Source: Eledone cirrhosa
Taxonomy: Eukaryota
Reading direction: 5' to 3'
Assembly: GCA_964016885.1 (NCBI GenBank)
Contig: OZ024741.1
Location: 202,492,001-202,556,000, forward strand
Length of the DNA stretch: 64,000 bases
The notes below the pieces were generated by a model. The model was not told the DNA's origin. It searched no databases and was given only the letters and a program-made list of their open reading frames with translations. This document shows positions 60,601-64,000 of the stretch, piece by piece (the stretch's first letter is position 1; every line of letters starts with the position of its first letter). Position numbers and translations under genes: made by a program.

Positions 60601-63483
60601 TTAAAGTAGAGTCGATTAGGTTTAGCAAAGGAGTAGTGATAGAGGAAAATAGAGTAGAGGGAGAGCTAGTCAGAAAGCTAGAAGAGGCGTTTAAAACAGG
60701 CATCGCAACCGACGTGCTTGCGGCGAGATTGGTACTCGACCAATTCTTCAGCGCAAAATACGAAGGCTGCGTTGTCAGAGCTAGAGCGCGTGCTCTGAAA
60801 AACGAGGGGACAAAAGCCGTCCAATGGGCCCGGGTGGCAGAGGCGCGACGTGGTAACAAAGCCACAATTCGGTCTTTGTCTGACCAAAACGGGTGCGTGA
60901 TGCTCGAACCCGAGCGGATGTGTGAAGCTTTTCAGCAGCACTTTGCTGAACTGTTCGGGAGCGGCGGCGGCCCGGATCGGGGCATGGACTTAGTGCATAC
61001 CTCGACGGACTGCTTCGGCTCTCGACGACCGCAGCACAGTGTTGCGAAAAGCCAATAAGAGCCGGTGAAATACGGGAAGCGATGGCTAACTGCACAAGGG
61101 GTAAATCGCCAGGTTTGGATGGTCTGCCCTACGAGCTTTATGCATTTATGCCAGACTTGTTCGGTGACCTCTTGGCAGACGTCTACTGCAACTGGCAGCA
61201 GAACGGGAGCATTCCCAGTTTTGTGAGCCAGGGAGCAGTGGCGCTGCTGAGAAAAGACCCGAACAAGGGGGATGTTATCGATAATTTCAGGCCCATAACC
61301 CTGCTAAACGCAGAGTTCAAGATTTTGTCCAATGTGTTAGCAACGAGGTTGGTGCTTGTCGTCAAGGGTCTGGTGGGAGAGGCGCAGACATTCGCCATTC
61401 CAGACAGATCCATACACGACAACCTCCACCTCATGCGATACATCGTAGAGAGGGTAGCTAGGGAACCTGGCACGGGTGGGGCCCTGATCAACTTGGATCA
61501 ATCCAAAGCATTCGATAGGGTCGACCATCGGTACCTGGCGGCGGTCCTCGAGGCAGCCGGTTTCGGGCCCGTTTTCAGGGGTTGGATCGCAGCAATGTAC
61601 AGCGACATCTGCTCAGTTGTGAGGGTGAACGGTCACCTGTCGCAGCCGTTCAGCATCATGCGCTCAGTCCGCCAGAGTTGTCCCCTCTCGTCCCCCTTGT
61701 ACGTATTGGCTATCGAGCCGTTACTGCACAAACTGGGGGCGATGAGGGGCGTCCCACGCGAACTAGGATGCGGGAAATCCGAGTCGGCTTACGCTGACGA
61801 CGCCACCGTGGTGGTGTCGAGCACCAGACACGTCCAGATGCTCGGCACCGCTCTCAAGGAATACGAAGCGGTGACAGGAGCAAAGATAAACCAGGAAAAG
61901 TCGGTGGGCTTGAAGCTCGGCACCTGGAGAGGCAAGTCCATGCCGTCCGACAGCGTCGTGGGGCGTTGGACTGACGGACCGGTTAAATTGCTCGGGGTCT
62001 GGTTCGGACCGGACCTCCAGATGGAGAAAAACTGGAACGAGGTGACGAGCAGGGTGGCCTCCCTCACCCAGAAATGGGCCGAGAGGAAGATGTCCCTGAA
62101 AGGCCGGGCGGAGGTGGCGAATGCGTACACCGCATCCGTCATCTGCTACCGCCTCACCGTCGTCCCTTGCTCCAGCCCAACTCTCACCAAAATGGAGCGA
62201 CTCCTCTTCTGCTTTTTGTGGAAGGGACGCGCTCCCATGGTCAGACGATCCATCTGCTGTCAACACCCGTTGCGCGGAGGACTGGGCATGCCATGGCTGA
62301 TGATGCGCAAACATGCGCTGAGGCTGCGACATCTCTGGTGCTTCCTTGATGGTGAACAGGTGTGGTCGCCGTTCGCCAGGCACGTTTTCCCACAGCTCGT
62401 CTCCTTGACGGAGCTGCAGTCCTGGGTCAGAAAAAGACCGAGGGATAGCGCTTGGAAATTGGAATGTCTCCAGGCGCTCACTGCCCTCTGCCAGCTGGGC
62501 ACCAGTATCGGTGGAACATCCACCTCGGCGTTCTATAGAGGACTAGTGGAGGGGAAGAGCGACGACATTCTCGGAGAGATCCTGGGCGTCGAAGAAGATC
62601 AGCTGTTTGCTCTCTTCCGGAGAACTTTCAGCCCGGGGCCTATGGATAACTTCCAAAAATCCTTGGCCTGGCAGTGCTACCGGGGAGCGTTGCCGGTTCG
62701 AGATAAGCTCTACAGGCACGGAAGTGCCGTCAGCCGAGCCTGCCGAGATGCGCGCAGAGCGACGAAACCGTCGTGCACGCACTCATTCAGTGCCCGAGCA
62801 TTGCTGACTTGTGGAGCTATGTCGAACAGTTGCTGTCGCGTGTAGGACTGATCCGGTTGTCGACTGAGTCCATTGTGCAGATGGTCTCGCCGTCTTCCTT
62901 CGAGGAGGAAGGGCAGGCGGTTTTCATCTGCCTGGTGGCCATGGCGAAAGAGATTGTCTGGTGGACAAGGTTAAAAGAGTTAAAGACAGACACTTTCCTC
63001 TTCGGCGAATCCCTAATTAACTTTTTCAAGTTTCACTTGAAGAGGAAAATCAGGGTGGAGAGGCAAGTGCTGCTTTCTAGCAAGTTTGTTGAAAGGTGGG
63101 TGAATGTAGCGAGAATGGTCCGAGTGAACGGGACCACTCTGAATATACGTCTGTAGTTTGAGAAATAGAAAAATTGAGAGAGGGCGCTTGCCCTGGTGGT
63201 CAGGGTGGCCGTGGTCTTTTGTGTGGTTTTCGCCACGAGTAACCCTCGGAGGTTTCTCCCCTATTGGGGAATTTTTCATTGTTTCAATTTTCATTTTTAT
63301 TGTTTATATATATATATATATGTTTCTATGTCCTTTTTTTTCTTTTCTTATATAAATAATAAAAAAAATATTTACACGCACAAAACCCACATCGTACCGT
63401 CCTGTTCCGTCTGTGATGTTTTTCTTGATGTCAGCCCTTGTGGCCAATAAAGAAATCATTATTATTATTATTATTATTATTAT
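57642..63483 (+). mobile_element. Near-full-length Tx1/L1-clade LINE, inactivated
   Basis: ORF1 region 57660-59694 (Asn-rich start, zinc knuckle CYLCGSKGH); ORF2 59727-63156; AATAAA at 63446 then (ATT)n tail. Confidence 0.92.
59727..63156 (+). pseudogene. Tx1-like ORF2 (APE + RT + C-terminal Zn motif) with one stop and two frameshifts
   Basis: SINVRSL, ISETR, VGDWN, SYLDR, TDHK, GYWKLN; KSPGLDGLP, FRPITLLN, LDQSKAFDRV, AYADD, GGLGMP; TAG at 60108-60110, frameshifts near 61000 and 62745. Confidence 0.9.
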
Positions 63484-63494
63484 TGTTGTTATTA

Positions 63495-63790
63495 CTCCTT
63501 GAGTCTCAGTCATTGATGTTAGTTAACTGGAAAGTTTGTTGGAATGAATATTAAGCCACTACCTGCAGCCTCAGATATTCAGGACGTATCGGAGGGTTCT
63601 TGCTGTTCCCAGCAAGCATGCCTTTTGAAGCGTTCCAAAAAGTGTGAAGGGGCCGATTTTCTTTAACCATCCCTGGAAACTTTTGGAGATAGTCCCTAGT
63701 GCGCCTATGACAATCGGGATCACTTTGACTTCATGGCAGTTCCAAATCCTTTTTACCTCCCACTTTAAGTCCTGGTATCGGTTAATTTTT
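63495..63790 (-). mobile_element. 5'-truncated R4/Dong-like LINE (RLE C-terminus) within (TAA)n
   Basis: Minus strand KINRYQDLKWEVKRIWNCHEVKVIPIVIGALGTI...LQKACLLGTARTLRYVLNI* (stop 63571-63573); (ATT)n on both flanks. Confidence 0.8.
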
Positions 63791-64000
63791 TATTATTATT
63801 ATTATTATTGAATGCTATGGTTGACGGAGGCTCTGCTCTGTAAGGTATTGTAAATTTTGAACACTATAACAATTGTAAATTGTTTAAAACTTTAACGAAC
63901 TTGTAGACAAAAACACCCTCCTCCTCGTGAGAGGGGTCTTTCTGCCCGTTATTTGGCCCTTCGGGGTTAAATAACTGCTTATTGGGGTTTTGTAACAATA

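Overview
AT-rich, microsatellite- and transposon-dense animal genomic DNA, most likely an octopus/coleoid cephalopod (inferred from the style of the C2H2 arrays and the SINE/LINE families). It holds three tandem + strand C2H2 zinc-finger genes, each with the whole CDS in one exon and no recognisable effector domain (5911-7170 and 31390-32649 with 14 fingers; 47207-48541 with 15). Genes 1 and 2 lie in a recent ~25 kb tandem duplication whose junction is at 14487/14488. Gene 3 is an older paralog whose fingers 1-6 are nearly identical to those of genes 1/2 while fingers 7-15 are diverged. Shared candidate promoter, non-coding exons and splice sites are visible by paralog comparison. The rest is mobile DNA: one intact RTE-clade LINE inserted after the duplication and carrying a PHD-type finger inside its RT domain, many decayed relatives, a near-full Tx1/L1-clade LINE, CR1, R4/Dong, CRE and Penelope fragments, mariner, maT-like and hAT fossils, non-autonomous Helitrons, tRNA-derived SINEs, TTAA MITEs, a foldback hairpin and a 28S rRNA-derived fragment. 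All comparisons were made by eye; no database search was run, and most short ORFs in the track are antisense or out-of-frame reads of these repeats.
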